In this document: positions 1 through 9,634 of the stretch, piece after piece
Numbering within the stretch: the stretch's first letter is position 1
Layout: every line of letters starts with the position of its first letter
Origin: Christensenellaceae bacterium
Lineage (GTDB): Bacteria; Bacillota; Clostridia; Christensenellales; UBA1242
Length of the DNA: 64,000 bases
NCBI GenBank assembly: GCA_031260975.1
Contig: JAISKJ010000003.1
Coordinates: forward strand, 65,480 to 129,479
Reading direction: 5' to 3'
The notes under the pieces: model-generated
Database searches by the model: none
The model's input: only the letters and a program-made list of their open reading frames with translations
Told to the model about the DNA's origin: nothing
Made by a program: the position numbers and the translations under genes

Positions 1-1
1 T

Positions 2-94
2 ACTGAACCGGACAACCCTTATAGCGTAACTAATTCTGCTTTTGACGCAACGTATAAGGTTAATCCGGTGCAAGGAACGGGTCAGAATTTTTAA
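2..94 (+). CDS. 3' end of an upstream ORF (partial, product unknown)
   Basis: Frame open from the window edge (TEPDNPYSVTNSAFDATYKVNPVQGTGQNF*), TAA at 92-94, followed by a hairpin. Too short to identify. Confidence 0.35.
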   Translation, partial: TEPDNPYSVTNSAFDATYKVNPVQGTGQNF

Positions 95-105
95 ATTAGT
101 AATTT

Positions 106-133
106 AGGCTCGCGTTTTCGCGGGCTTATTTAA
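106..133 (+). terminator. putative intrinsic terminator
   Basis: Stem AGGCTCGCG / CGCGGGCTT (with G-U pairs), TTTT loop, then a weak T-rich tail. Confidence 0.5.
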
Positions 134-202
134 CTTTGCTTAAAAATTGTCCGGCATCGCAGTGCATAAAATGGCGGGGCACCCCGCTTTGGGGAGGGTT
201 AT

Positions 203-2401
203 ATGGGTGAATACTATTTTTCGGGGGTGGGCTTTTATGACCTGCAGGAGAGCAGAAAGAAAAATCAGGAGTATGCTTTAAGACAGCAGGAGTTTAATAA
301 GCAGGCAGGCCGCATAAAGTCATTTGAAAACAAAAAAGACAGGACGGCTTTTTTGAAGCAGCAATTTTTAGAGAAAGATGAGTTTATTAATACTGCCACT
401 AACAGTCAGTTGATGCGGATATTTGTCGCTTTCAGGGATTTGGGCAACTTTGATGAAATGGTTGCTTTTTATGACAAATGCACCAATGAGACTTTTAAAA
501 ACTCGCTTATGGTAAACGAACTGCTGATGGTGGGATATAATAAATCCGGGGTTCCCGCACCTGACAAAACTATTGAACTTGCAAACAAATTGATTAAAGA
601 AAACCGCGTGAGCGGGGATGTTTACGGGGCTTTGGGAAAAGCCTATAAAATCAAGTCTAATCAGGCAGCCTCTCAGCAAGAGAGTATTATGTATCTGCAA
701 AAATCGGCTGACGCATATGAAGCGGGCTTTGCTAAGTTTGCTGAGTTTTATCCGGGTATTAATGCATAATACCGAAACGTGGAGCTGGCTTTAAAAAAAG
801 AAATGCTGACCGGCCGGATTGAAGCCGGACAAGCCAATAAAGATAGGGCCAAACAATTGGCGGAACTGACTTATCTGGCATGTCTTAAAGAGGGTGCCGA
901 GGGAACAAAGGATTATTGGTGTGTAGCAACCAAGCTGGAGGCTGCCTTTATTGCGGGCGTGCCTCCAGACCAGATTATAGACAGCTTGGACGCAATTCTT
1001 AAAATGAATGTCCCCGATTGGCAGATACAAACAACGAGAGATTCTATTTTGGGTGTTGCCGGTTATAATAACCCGGAAACAGTAAACATTATTGTTGAAA
1101 AACTAAATGAAAAAATAGAAAATGTAGTTCAAAATCAAGTTGCTTCTGAAAAAAATCAAACTAATAACTCGGCAGGCTTTAAAAAAGCTGAGATGCTCAA
1201 AACATGGAGCTATAACTACAGAGGTTTTGCTTCCAACTTTGAAGGAGCTAATTATATAGGCGGAAACACTAAGTTTGGCGGACAGTTGCCGGACCATTCG
1301 ATTTCACGAAAAGATATTGAAATATTTGACGGTCTTTTGGGCAAACCCATAGAGCAGCTCTTTCCTGAAGGAAAGGTACCTGACAAACTGAAAGAATATG
1401 GTTGTCTTAAAGATATTAATAATGCAGAAGAATTTTTAGATGCAACAAATTCTTTTATAAGGTTTCACTTTGGAACGGAAAACTTTGCCGGCACAGGTCT
1501 TAATCTTGAAAATAACGCCGAACATAAAGATGCCGACGGTACAAGCGCTTATGACAGAACGGTGAAATCACTGTTTTATGTTGCCGGCAAAGAAAACAAT
1601 AAAGAGGCAGATTCGCGCACAAGTATTTCGGCTATGTTTGCGTTGGGTCTGGGGGACTGCCGTCACCATGCGCAGGTAAAGCAGCTTATGTTTGACAGGT
1701 GGCAGGGCGAGCAGATGAACGGATTTCTTATGGATGCTTATGAAGCTTCAAATAAAGGGGATACGGCGGCGTATAACAGCGCGGTGGAGAAGTTTTATGA
1801 TACATGCTATACGGAGTTGCGCACAATTGATGTATGTATCTGCGCACCTGTAGAAATTGATAAGATATATGAGCCCAACAAAACAAGCGACGGAAAGTAT
1901 ATAAAAGGCAGTTCTGGTTGTCAGTTGGAAGATCATACCATGAATATTCTCATAAAAACAAACAGGGAAGGAGAGCTAAACGACTGTAAGATTGTTGACA
2001 GTTTTTATCACAACAATTATGATTGGGCAAATCATGATGTGGGCATCGGCGGAGTTAATATAAAGACAATAAAAGAAAAACAATGGGACGGCACCTTTGC
2101 CGAAAGACAGGTATTTGAAATTGATGCCGGTAACTTAGACGGTAGCAAGGTTGATACAGATGAGAGTCTGCCGATAAAGATAATTCCTACCGTATACGGC
2201 AAGGGACAGCGTGAAGAACAAAGCCCGGATACGGGCGACCATCTGACTATTCTGGGCACTCCCACCAAGATAGACAGTGTTGAAGATATAACAAACATTT
2301 TGCAGAACCGTGAGGATATGGAGAATATTTTGAACAGGTTTAGAAGTTTTCATATGCAGCAGCTGCAGACTGCCGACGGCCCGTCGCAGCAGATGATATA
2401 A
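203..2401 (+). pseudogene. helical-repeat (DUF4071/TRAF-binding-like TPR) protein with a C-terminal putative Cys-His-Asp (transglutaminase/papain-like) domain, interrupted by an in-frame TAA at 767-769
   Basis: ORFs 203-769 and 779-2401 are in the same frame, separated only by TAA and three sense codons. There is no SD before the GTG at 779; a strong SD (GGGGAGGG) precedes 203. The motifs GALGKAYK...FYPGINA|YRN and DYWCVATKLEAA span the stop. Downstream lie GLGDCRHHAQ ... LEDHTMN ... VDSFY. Confidence 0.55.
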
Positions 2402-2403
2402 AT

Positions 2404-2437
2404 AAAAAATCCCCGCGCTTTACGTGAGGATTTTTTT
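2404..2437. terminator. bidirectional intrinsic terminator between convergent genes
   Basis: A-run, stem ATCCCCGCG / CGTGAGGAT (8 of 9 pairs), then a T7 run. Confidence 0.7.
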
Positions 2438-2439
2438 AA

Positions 2440-2643
2440 TTACATTTTGTATTTTTTCTGGAACTTTTCTACACGGCCGCTGGTGTCGACTATCTTTTGT
2501 TTGCCGGTATAAAACGGGTGGCATTTGTTGCAAATTTCCACCTTTATAACTTCTCCCGCTTTGGTTGAACGGGTTTTAAATTTTTCGCCGCAAGCGCAGA
2601 TAACTTCAACTTCATGATAATCCGGATGTAAATCTTTTTTCAT
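2440..2643 (-). CDS. rpmE: 50S ribosomal protein L31 (Cys-containing form)
   Basis: [22 protein letters not shown]...[13 protein letters not shown] is the classic L31 sequence with its zinc motif. Confidence 0.95.
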   Translation of the reverse strand: MKKDLHPDYHEVEVICACGEKFKTRSTKAGEVIKVEICNKCHPFYTGKQKIVDTSGRVEKFQKKYKM

Positions 2644-2847
2644 AGTCCTTCACCTCTATCTAAAATTTGTTTTACAAGTATACTATATAGTTTTGCTTTC
2701 GTCAACCCTTTTTGAGAGTTTTGCCATATATTTAGGCCCTAAAGCTCACTGCATTAAAGAAAGAGCCTTTTTCTTATGTAAATTACTTGACAAAATCCGA
2801 CAATTTTATTAACATTATGTCGACTCTCTCAAAAGGAGGCTTGGAGT

Positions 2848-4080
2848 ATGAGCAAGACATGGCGGAGTATTTTATATGCCATGGGCTCTCTTTCAGCCCT
2901 TTGTATTTTTATAGCGATTATGATTACGGTTGTTCCTCAAAACGAGGAACGTTTTTTGATTTTTTCAACCAATAAAATAGAAATTAACATAAACAGTGAG
3001 GTTGACCTGAAAAACATAAAAATTCAAACTAATCTGCCGCATAACGCAATAGAATTCAGCTCAGAAGATGAAAGCATTTTTATGATTGAAAACAACAAAA
3101 TCAAACCCGTGGGAATTGGCAGCGGCAAGCTTTTAGCTCAAGCGTCTGTGGGAGATAAGGTCTATCATAATTCTGTTTTGGTCGAAGTAAAGTCGCTGCC
3201 GGCAGACGACGATGACATAGATTTTGGCGTACAGTTGTGTTATAAGGGTTCGGTCTATGATTTTGCCGGATTTAATCAGGACATAAATTTATATTTGCCG
3301 GGCGGAACTTCTGCGGAGCATCAGGCAGCTGAGGCAGCAGGTTTTTTCAGGAGTTTTTATTTTGATATGCCGTCTGGTGTTGATGTTTCGGCTGACGGCC
3401 TGTGTGTAAGTGTCACAGAAAATATTGTTACTGCTTCAGGTGTAGGAAACTGTCTTATAAAGGTTACCAACAAAAACATAGGAAAGTTCAAAACCGTAAA
3501 GGTTTTTGTTTCAGGAATTCCGCTGACGGATGTTGTGCTTAGCTGCGATAGCAGCCTGACGCTTGAAGTAGGACAGTCAATGACATTGCCTGCCGTTCAG
3601 TTTACTCCGAGCTTTGCAAGTGATTTTTATAAAACTTCTTCGTTTGATATAAAAAATTCTAACATTGTATATTTTGATACAGACCGCTTTGTTGCCAAGA
3701 GTGTAGGGCAGACTCAAATAGTTTTTAAGTACGGCGAAATCGAAAAGACCGTTCAGATAGTGGTGATGCCCAAAGCACAAGAGATTGTTGCTGAATTTTT
3801 AATGATTGACCATCTGGGCAGAGCGACAATACGGGTTCAGTTATTTTTAAACGGTGCTCTTGTCGGAATATCGTCCGGCGCTGTAAGCACAAAATTTATA
3901 ATAGACGGCACGGAGTATGATACTCTGAATTATATGAGCTGCGGGCAAGACCTGAGTGCTTCAATGGTGTATGACTATGTATATAAAGTGAGCGGAGCGC
4001 TGCCTAATGAGTTTGCCGTCAAGTTTTATTTGACAAGCAATCCCGAAATATTTGAGATTGTTTATATTGTGATAAGCTGA
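2848..4080 (+). CDS. membrane-anchored protein with bacterial Ig-like (Big_2-type) repeats
   Basis: SD AGGAGG upstream, N-terminal TM helix, and repeated 'V..G.G...I.V' beta-repeat segments (KPVGIGSGKLLAQA, ASGVGNCLIKV, AKSVGQTQIVF). Confidence 0.55.
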   Translation: MSKTWRSILYAMGSLSALCIFIAIMITVVPQNEERFLIFSTNKIEININSEVDLKNIKIQTNLPHNAIEFSSEDESIFMIENNKIKPVGIGSGKLLAQASVGDKVYHNSVLVEVKSLPADDDDIDFGVQLCYKGSVYDFAGFNQDINLYLPGGTSAEHQAAEAAGFFRSFYFDMPSGVDVSADGLCVSVTENIVTASGVGNCLIKVTNKNIGKFKTVKVFVSGIPLTDVVLSCDSSLTLEVGQSMTLPAVQFTPSFASDFYKTSSFDIKNSNIVYFDTDRFVAKSVGQTQIVFKYGEIEKTVQIVVMPKAQEIVAEFLMIDHLGRATIRVQLFLNGALVGISSGAVSTKFIIDGTEYDTLNYMSCGQDLSASMVYDYVYKVSGALPNEFAVKFYLTSNPEIFEIVYIVIS

Positions 4081-4082
4081 TG

Positions 4083-4120
4083 CTTCATGTGTATAATCAT
4101 GAAGTTATTTGTCGTTTTTG
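4083..4120 (+). terminator. intrinsic terminator
   Basis: Stem CTTCATG (4083-4089) / CATGAAG (4098-4104), followed by a T-rich tract. Confidence 0.6.
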
Positions 4121-4221
4121 AGTAAACCTGTTTAATCGGTTGCCACGTCAGATAAAACCTAGTATAATTAGCATAGAGAATGATAGAAAATTATATTACA
4201 TTGACTTTTGTGGAGTGAAAT

Positions 4222-4932
4222 ATGGGTATTTTTGATGAAGAAATTTTTTATAACAGAGACGATTATGATGAGCTTGATTTTGCAGAACATAGGGATTTGT
4301 TTTTGCGTCTGCGAAGCTGGGTGGTTGATGCCGACAAGCCTACGAGATATAACAGAGACAAATATCGCAAGCTTGTTACTAAAAAAATTGAAGAAATAGC
4401 AGGCTACGCCTGCATGGGGCATATTCCGGCACAGGATTATATGGGGTATATTTATAAGCGGGGCTTTGGCGACTTTTTTCCGATAAACTATAAGCGAGCG
4501 CTTGAGTGGAACATAATGGCTGCCAGAAACAGCAGCAAGCTCGCTCCGCAAAAAATGAAAGCGTTTTTAAATCCTGCTATAGATAAAATTTTTGAGAGCC
4601 CAAGATTTGGTCAGGTTGTAAAGGCCAACGGGCTTAATTTACGCAACTATTATTGGTTTTTAAGTCAGTATATTTGCGACATTCTATATGATGAGATGAA
4701 GCTAAATCCACCGGATATGGCAAAGAAAGAACTCATTGAAGAAGATTTGAACGAAACAGGAACAATTATATCCTTGGACCGTATGAGAGACAGAAGCGTT
4801 GACAAGGCGCTGGAGCGGCTCATCAAGGAGCTTCCTGCAGATATTAAGGATGACGGCGATATAATCGTGTCGGCGGATGACCTAAAAGACCCCGATGAAA
4901 TTGATATAGAAATTGATACAAGTAAAATATAA
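4222..4932 (+). CDS. hypothetical protein with one Sel1-like repeat and an acidic C-terminus
   Basis: AQDYMGYIYKRGFGDFFPINYKRALEWNIMAA resembles a Sel1 repeat. An SD is present. No further assignment is possible. Confidence 0.4.
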   Translation: MGIFDEEIFYNRDDYDELDFAEHRDLFLRLRSWVVDADKPTRYNRDKYRKLVTKKIEEIAGYACMGHIPAQDYMGYIYKRGFGDFFPINYKRALEWNIMAARNSSKLAPQKMKAFLNPAIDKIFESPRFGQVVKANGLNLRNYYWFLSQYICDILYDEMKLNPPDMAKKELIEEDLNETGTIISLDRMRDRSVDKALERLIKELPADIKDDGDIIVSADDLKDPDEIDIEIDTSKI

Positions 4933-4971
4933 CATAACCTTTTATCAACTGCAATTAAAACAAAAAATATT

Positions 4972-5001
4972 TGAATGTAAAAGTTATGTTTAGGCATAAC
5001 T
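4972..5001 (+). promoter_or_regulatory. forespore sigma-G/F-like promoter candidate for spoVT
   Basis: TGAATG (4972-4977), 17-nt spacer, CATAACT (4995-5001). This is a partial match to GnATR / CATnnTA. It overlaps the ORF-track start at 4971, which argues for the ATG at 5028. Confidence 0.35.
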
Positions 5002-5027
5002 TTCTTTTTTGCATGCAAACTAACACT

Positions 5028-5522
5028 ATGAAAAAAGTGTCAGGAATTGTCCGCAAGCTTGACGAGCTGGGGCGAATAGTTGTACCAAAAGAAATAAGGC
5101 GCACGCTTAACCTTAGGGAGGGGAGCGATATTGAAATCATTCTGTCTGATGAGGAACTGATTTTGCGCAAGTTTTCAAGAATTTTTAATATCAAAAGCCA
5201 AGGCGAGCAAATTTTGGAAAGTCTTTATGAAATTGTGCAGTGTCCATGTATTATGACGGATAACGAAAGAGTAATTCTCGCCAAGGGTGCCGGTAAAAAA
5301 GACATGCTCGAACAAAAACTCACCAAAGAATTTTGTGACATAACAGTTGCCGGAGAGTATAAGGATATACAAATTATTTCCGGCAGAAATATAGACGGAT
5401 TTGTCGCTCCTGTTTTTTCGCAGGGGTTTTGGTGCGGTAGCATCGCTGTGCTGGGGGATGTTGGGGGCAAGGCTGAAGTAATCAATTTTGCTGCAAATTA
5501 TCTGTCTGGGCTTTTGGTGTAG
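5028..5522 (+). CDS. spoVT: stage V sporulation protein T (AbrB-type N-domain plus GAF-like C-domain)
   Basis: MKKVSGIVRKLDELGRIVVPKEIRRTLNLREGSDIEI matches the SpoVT/AbrB swapped-hairpin N-terminus. Length is about 165 aa. Start moved to internal M20. Confidence 0.85.
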   Translation: MKKVSGIVRKLDELGRIVVPKEIRRTLNLREGSDIEIILSDEELILRKFSRIFNIKSQGEQILESLYEIVQCPCIMTDNERVILAKGAGKKDMLEQKLTKEFCDITVAGEYKDIQIISGRNIDGFVAPVFSQGFWCGSIAVLGDVGGKAEVINFAANYLSGLLV

Positions 5523-5525
5523 CCT

Positions 5526-7094
5526 ATGAAGAAGCAATCGTTTGTGCTGGGAGCGCTTATCTTAAGTGTGAGCGGAGTTATCTGCAAAATTTTGGGCGCT
5601 TTTTATAAAATTCCGCTTACCAACATTTTGGGAACCGGCGGGATAGGCATCTATTATATGGTTTTTCCTGTTTTTGCGCTTATTCTGAGTCTTACTTCAA
5701 CCAGCATGCCCGCTGCAATTTCAAGACTTATAAGCCGCGAAATTGCTGTTGGCAATCCTTCAGGGGCGCGGCGTATTTTTAGGGGCGCACTGCTTATGCT
5801 CATGATTTTGAGCGGAGCATTTGCTTTGGTTTTGATGCTTCTTTCAGGTGTTTTATCTAGGCTTCAAGGTGCTCCGGATATTGCCTCAGGATATCTTGTT
5901 GTGGCCCCTGCAATATTTGTTGTGGGGGTGCTTTCGGCAATAAGAGGCTGGTTTCAGGGCCATATGGATATGGTACCAACGGGCGTTTCGCAAATTATTG
6001 AACAAATCTTTAAACTGTTTCTGGGTTTATTTCTTGCCGTAAAGCTTATGCCCCAAGGCTTAATTTACGGTGCCGTAGGAGCACTGCTAGGCATTACGCT
6101 CAGCGAGGTTTTTGCGCTGCTTTATATAATAATCCATTATTTGTTCACTAAAGAAAATATACCTGTGTCACGCTCTGATAAAGCTCCGATAAGAGAGACT
6201 ATAAGAGAGGTTTTTCTGGCGTCAGTTCCGTTTGTGCTGGGCTCGTCCATCTTTCCGCTGTCGCTTATGCTGGATAGTTTTTTGATAGTTAATCTTCTTG
6301 AACGCATCGGACTTTCAAACAGTTTGGCGGTGAGTCTGCTTGGCATAAACAGCGGAATTATCAGCACCATGATATCTTTGCCTACTATCATTTCGCTCTC
6401 GCTATCGTTTGCTATCATTCCGACTCTTGCGCGCAACAAAACCCAAGAGGATAGCACTAAAAAAGTTTCGCTTGCAATTAAGCTTAATTTGTTTTTACTT
6501 TTTCCGTGTGCACTTGTATATTTATTTTTTGCTCCTCAAATTTTGGGGCTACTGTTTGGCGCGGTTGAAGGGCTGAATATAGCTGCCGTACTTTTGCAGG
6601 TGTCGGCGGTAAGCGTGCTGTTTCTGGGTTTTTTGCAGCTTGTCACGGCAATCCTTCAGGGTATGGGAAAACCCTATGTGCCCGTCATAAGTTTGGGTAT
6701 TGCAATCGTGGTTAAGATTATTTTGGAGGTGATTTTGCTGGGCATACCCGGAGTCAATATTCTGGGTGCAGTGATTTCTAATATGGCGTGCTTCTTTGTG
6801 GGGCTTGTGATAAATCTAATATATTTAAGAAAGCTCGTAAGGTTTAGGGTAGGGGGTCTGACTCCAATGGTGCTTTCAAGCCTTGGGCTTTTGAGTGCAT
6901 GCTTTTTAGGCCTGCGGCTGTTTGACTTTTTGGGCGGCACCGGTTTAGTTTTGTCGTTTTTACTTGGTGCGACAGTTTTTGTGGGCCTTGTAATTTTGGG
7001 CGGAACTTTCAGCAAGCAGGAGTTGGGTTTTTTAATAAAGAAAAAACAGAATATCACTCAGAGTTCGGATGGAGTAGAGCTGCCGCCGGAATGA
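5526..7094 (+). CDS. MOP-superfamily polysaccharide/lipid II flippase (SpoVB/YabM/MurJ-like)
   Basis: About 14 predicted TM helices, N-terminus FVLGALILSVSGVICKILGAFYKIPLTNILG, and a position directly after spoVT, as with yabM in Bacillus. Confidence 0.8.
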   Translation: MKKQSFVLGALILSVSGVICKILGAFYKIPLTNILGTGGIGIYYMVFPVFALILSLTSTSMPAAISRLISREIAVGNPSGARRIFRGALLMLMILSGAFALVLMLLSGVLSRLQGAPDIASGYLVVAPAIFVVGVLSAIRGWFQGHMDMVPTGVSQIIEQIFKLFLGLFLAVKLMPQGLIYGAVGALLGITLSEVFALLYIIIHYLFTKENIPVSRSDKAPIRETIREVFLASVPFVLGSSIFPLSLMLDSFLIVNLLERIGLSNSLAVSLLGINSGIISTMISLPTIISLSLSFAIIPTLARNKTQEDSTKKVSLAIKLNLFLLFPCALVYLFFAPQILGLLFGAVEGLNIAAVLLQVSAVSVLFLGFLQLVTAILQGMGKPYVPVISLGIAIVVKIILEVILLGIPGVNILGAVISNMACFFVGLVINLIYLRKLVRFRVGGLTPMVLSSLGLLSACFLGLRLFDFLGGTGLVLSFLLGATVFVGLVILGGTFSKQELGFLIKKKQNITQSSDGVELPPE

Positions 7095-7183
7095 AATGTA
7101 ACAAAGCATCTGAAAATAATCGGATTTTTTGAATAAAACTTTTTGCTTGGGTAATAATTGAGGCAACAAGGAGAAACATAAAT

Positions 7184-7456
7184 ATGAACAAAAAAGAATT
7201 GGTAAAATCGGCCAGCGCCAAATCGAAGCTTACTCAAAAAGAAACGCTTAATTGTCTCAATGCCATAACTGAGATTATTTATGATACGCTGAAACGCGGC
7301 GAGGCGGTAAGGCTTTTAGGGTTTGGTAAGTTTGAGGTAAGAGGCCGTGCTGAGCGGGTGAGCGTCAATCCGGTCACCAAACAGAAGATGATAATCCCTC
7401 ACAAGCTTGTTCCGTCGTTTAAAACAGGCAAGGCCTTTAAAAGCGCAATAAGATAA
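7184..7456 (+). CDS. hup: DNA-binding protein HU
   Basis: MNKKELV...GFGKFEVRGRAERVSVNPVTKQKMIIP...PSFKTGKAFK is the HU/IHF fold signature. Confidence 0.92.
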   Translation: MNKKELVKSASAKSKLTQKETLNCLNAITEIIYDTLKRGEAVRLLGFGKFEVRGRAERVSVNPVTKQKMIIPHKLVPSFKTGKAFKSAIR

Positions 7457-7461
7457 CAAAA

Positions 7462-7490
7462 AAGACTGACCGTTCGGTCGGTCTTTTTTG
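7462..7490. terminator. bidirectional intrinsic terminator
   Basis: AAAAAAGACTGACCG-TTCG-GTCGGTCTTTTTT, between convergent genes. Confidence 0.75.
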
Positions 7491-7503
7491 ATGCGGATAT
7501 TTA

Positions 7504-7725
7504 TTAGGTTTCGTTCGGCTTTATTCCGGTCATTTTGGTTACCCAATAAGACAGCACTTCAGAGTGGTTCATCTCGTCGCTTATTATCTCCTCGACTTGT
7601 GCTATAAATTCTTTTGGAGCATTGTTACGTTTTGCTTCGTCAATCAGAAGGTAATAGCCTTCAATTGCTTCCTGTTCGCTTTTGTTGTTTTTGGCAATCT
7701 CACTTGCCATTTGTTCAATTGTCAT
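7504..7725 (-). CDS. small helical hypothetical protein (possibly ferritin/rubrerythrin-like)
   Basis: Good SD (AGAGGTG). The EAIEGYY...DEMNHSE motif is reminiscent of ExxH diiron helices. This is a weak assignment. Confidence 0.4.
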   Translation of the reverse strand: MTIEQMASEIAKNNKSEQEAIEGYYLLIDEAKRNNAPKEFIAQVEEIISDEMNHSEVLSYWVTKMTGIKPNET

Positions 7726-7947
7726 AAAATCACCTCTTTTTTGCGTAGTATCTTTGGCATGCGGTTAAGTCTGTGCCTGCAGCTTCAGTGCCCCTTGCGC
7801 GCTGTTTTGTGAAAGTAATATATGCCGGTTGTTAAAAAAATGTGAAATGCACATACTAAACCCTGAAATTTGTCGCAAAATCATTTATTTTGATATACAA
7901 CTTTGTTTAAATCTGATAGAATAGCACAAAAGGTAACCAATTAATTT

Positions 7948-9573
7948 ATGGAAATATTTTTTGGGATAGTAACTTTTTTGGTGGGGCTCGGAGTTATGCT
8001 GTTTGGCGTAAAAATGACCAGCGAGGCCCTGGAGCGCACCACCGGAAGCAAGTTTAGAAATGTAATAACAAAAGCCACAAGAAATCCTTTTGGTGCGGCC
8101 GGTATTGGATTGGGTTTTACCACCATTCTTCAGAGTTCTACTGCCTCTATGGGGCTGTTTGCGGCGCTTTGCAACGCAGGCGTAATAACTCTTATTCAGG
8201 CTGTCGGAATTGTGTTTGGCGTCAATGTGGGTGCAGCCGTTGTGCACGGACTTATTGTTATAGGGTCATTAAAAGTTTTGAAGGTTTTAAGCCTTGTTAT
8301 AATTGTAGGAATGTTTGTGCTTTTATTTTCAAAGTCTATCAAGGTTAAAAACTTTGCTAGGCTGTTTGTCTTTATAGGATTGTTGTTTTTGGGTATTACC
8401 ATAATGTCTGACGGTATGGGCATGCTTAATGATTTGCACTTGTTTGACGGATTTGCTAATTTTATCAGCCATCCTATACTAATATTTCTAACATTTACAG
8501 TTCTTACCTGCCTGCTTCAAACCTCGCTTGGAGCCTTTGCTGTGCTCATAAGCTTTTTGACAGCGGGCATTATATCGGTTGATTTGGCACTTTGGGGTGC
8601 AATCGGTCTTAACATAGGTACTGCTTTGTCATCAATGCTGGTAACGCTGGGCGGAACACTTACTGCAAAGAGAATGGGTATGGTGCATGTGCTGTTTAAT
8701 GTTGTAGGCGCTGTAGTCTTTAGCATAATGCTTGCGTGCGTGCCGCTTTTGGGGACATATATGGAGCAGTGGGTAGGTTCGGCTATGTTTGCGGTGTTGC
8801 TGTTTGATATAATATTTAATATTGTTATAGCCCTTACGCTTATTCCTTTAAGAAAACATGTTACAAATTTGGCAGCGGCTGTGTTTAAGGAGAAGCAGAG
8901 AAGGCATCATCAAAGTGCACTTCCTGCTGTTGCCGAAATTACTGCAGCAACGGCGGTGCCGGTTATGCTAAATAGCCTGATAGATATCTATACCAAACTC
9001 AGCGGGCACTTCTTTAAGAGTGTGGAGTGTGCCTTCAGCGATGATGAAGAAGAAAAGAAGTTTATTGAAGATGATGTTGCAAAAATAAACAGTTACACCT
9101 TTGAAATAGAAAAGACAATAATGAATGTGTCCTCCGGCGTAAGTGAAGGGGATCAGGCCAAACTTTCAAAGATTTTAGATATTGTTCATAAAAACCGAAC
9201 CATTATCAGAAAGATACAAAAGATAATATTTTTTAGCCTTAGAGCAGAAAATCATAAAAAACATTTTACACGGGCGCAAGAAAAGAGTATAAAAGAAATG
9301 ACCGACAAAGTGCTTCTTATAAGTGTAGCTTCGCTTACGGCTCTGCGTATGTTTGACAGCACGGCCGAATTTGACCGAAATGCTTTGATGGTAAGGGTGC
9401 TGGAGCTTGACAGCGATGTTGATAAAATTAAGGCGCAGACCAGAGAGGCGGCAACAGCTGCTCTTAAAAATAAAACTGAGAACGCCGAAAACTTTACTAT
9501 ACACAACAGCATGATAAACGCTATAGATGACATCAGTGAAACGTTTGCGACAATTGCTATGATAGCGTCTTAA
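7948..9573 (+). CDS. Na+/phosphate cotransporter family protein with PhoU-like C-terminal domain
   Basis: Duplicated membrane repeats with ILQSSTASMG / LLQTSLGAF motifs and a helical soluble C-terminus. Confidence 0.8.
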   Translation: MEIFFGIVTFLVGLGVMLFGVKMTSEALERTTGSKFRNVITKATRNPFGAAGIGLGFTTILQSSTASMGLFAALCNAGVITLIQAVGIVFGVNVGAAVVHGLIVIGSLKVLKVLSLVIIVGMFVLLFSKSIKVKNFARLFVFIGLLFLGITIMSDGMGMLNDLHLFDGFANFISHPILIFLTFTVLTCLLQTSLGAFAVLISFLTAGIISVDLALWGAIGLNIGTALSSMLVTLGGTLTAKRMGMVHVLFNVVGAVVFSIMLACVPLLGTYMEQWVGSAMFAVLLFDIIFNIVIALTLIPLRKHVTNLAAAVFKEKQRRHHQSALPAVAEITAATAVPVMLNSLIDIYTKLSGHFFKSVECAFSDDEEEKKFIEDDVAKINSYTFEIEKTIMNVSSGVSEGDQAKLSKILDIVHKNRTIIRKIQKIIFFSLRAENHKKHFTRAQEKSIKEMTDKVLLISVASLTALRMFDSTAEFDRNALMVRVLELDSDVDKIKAQTREAATAALKNKTENAENFTIHNSMINAIDDISETFATIAMIAS

Positions 9574-9634
9574 AAAGTATACAAAAACATAAGTTTTGTA
9601 GATATAATGATATAAAAGAAGAAGGAGAAAAAAT

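Noticed and set aside
767-769. In-frame TAA as evidence for an alternative genetic code or programmed recoding.
   Set aside because: TAA clearly terminates conserved genes in this window at their expected ends, for example rpsJ at 15305-15307 and rpmJ at 28614-28616. A reassigned TAA is therefore not supported. Nonsense mutation, sequencing error or low-level readthrough remain possible.
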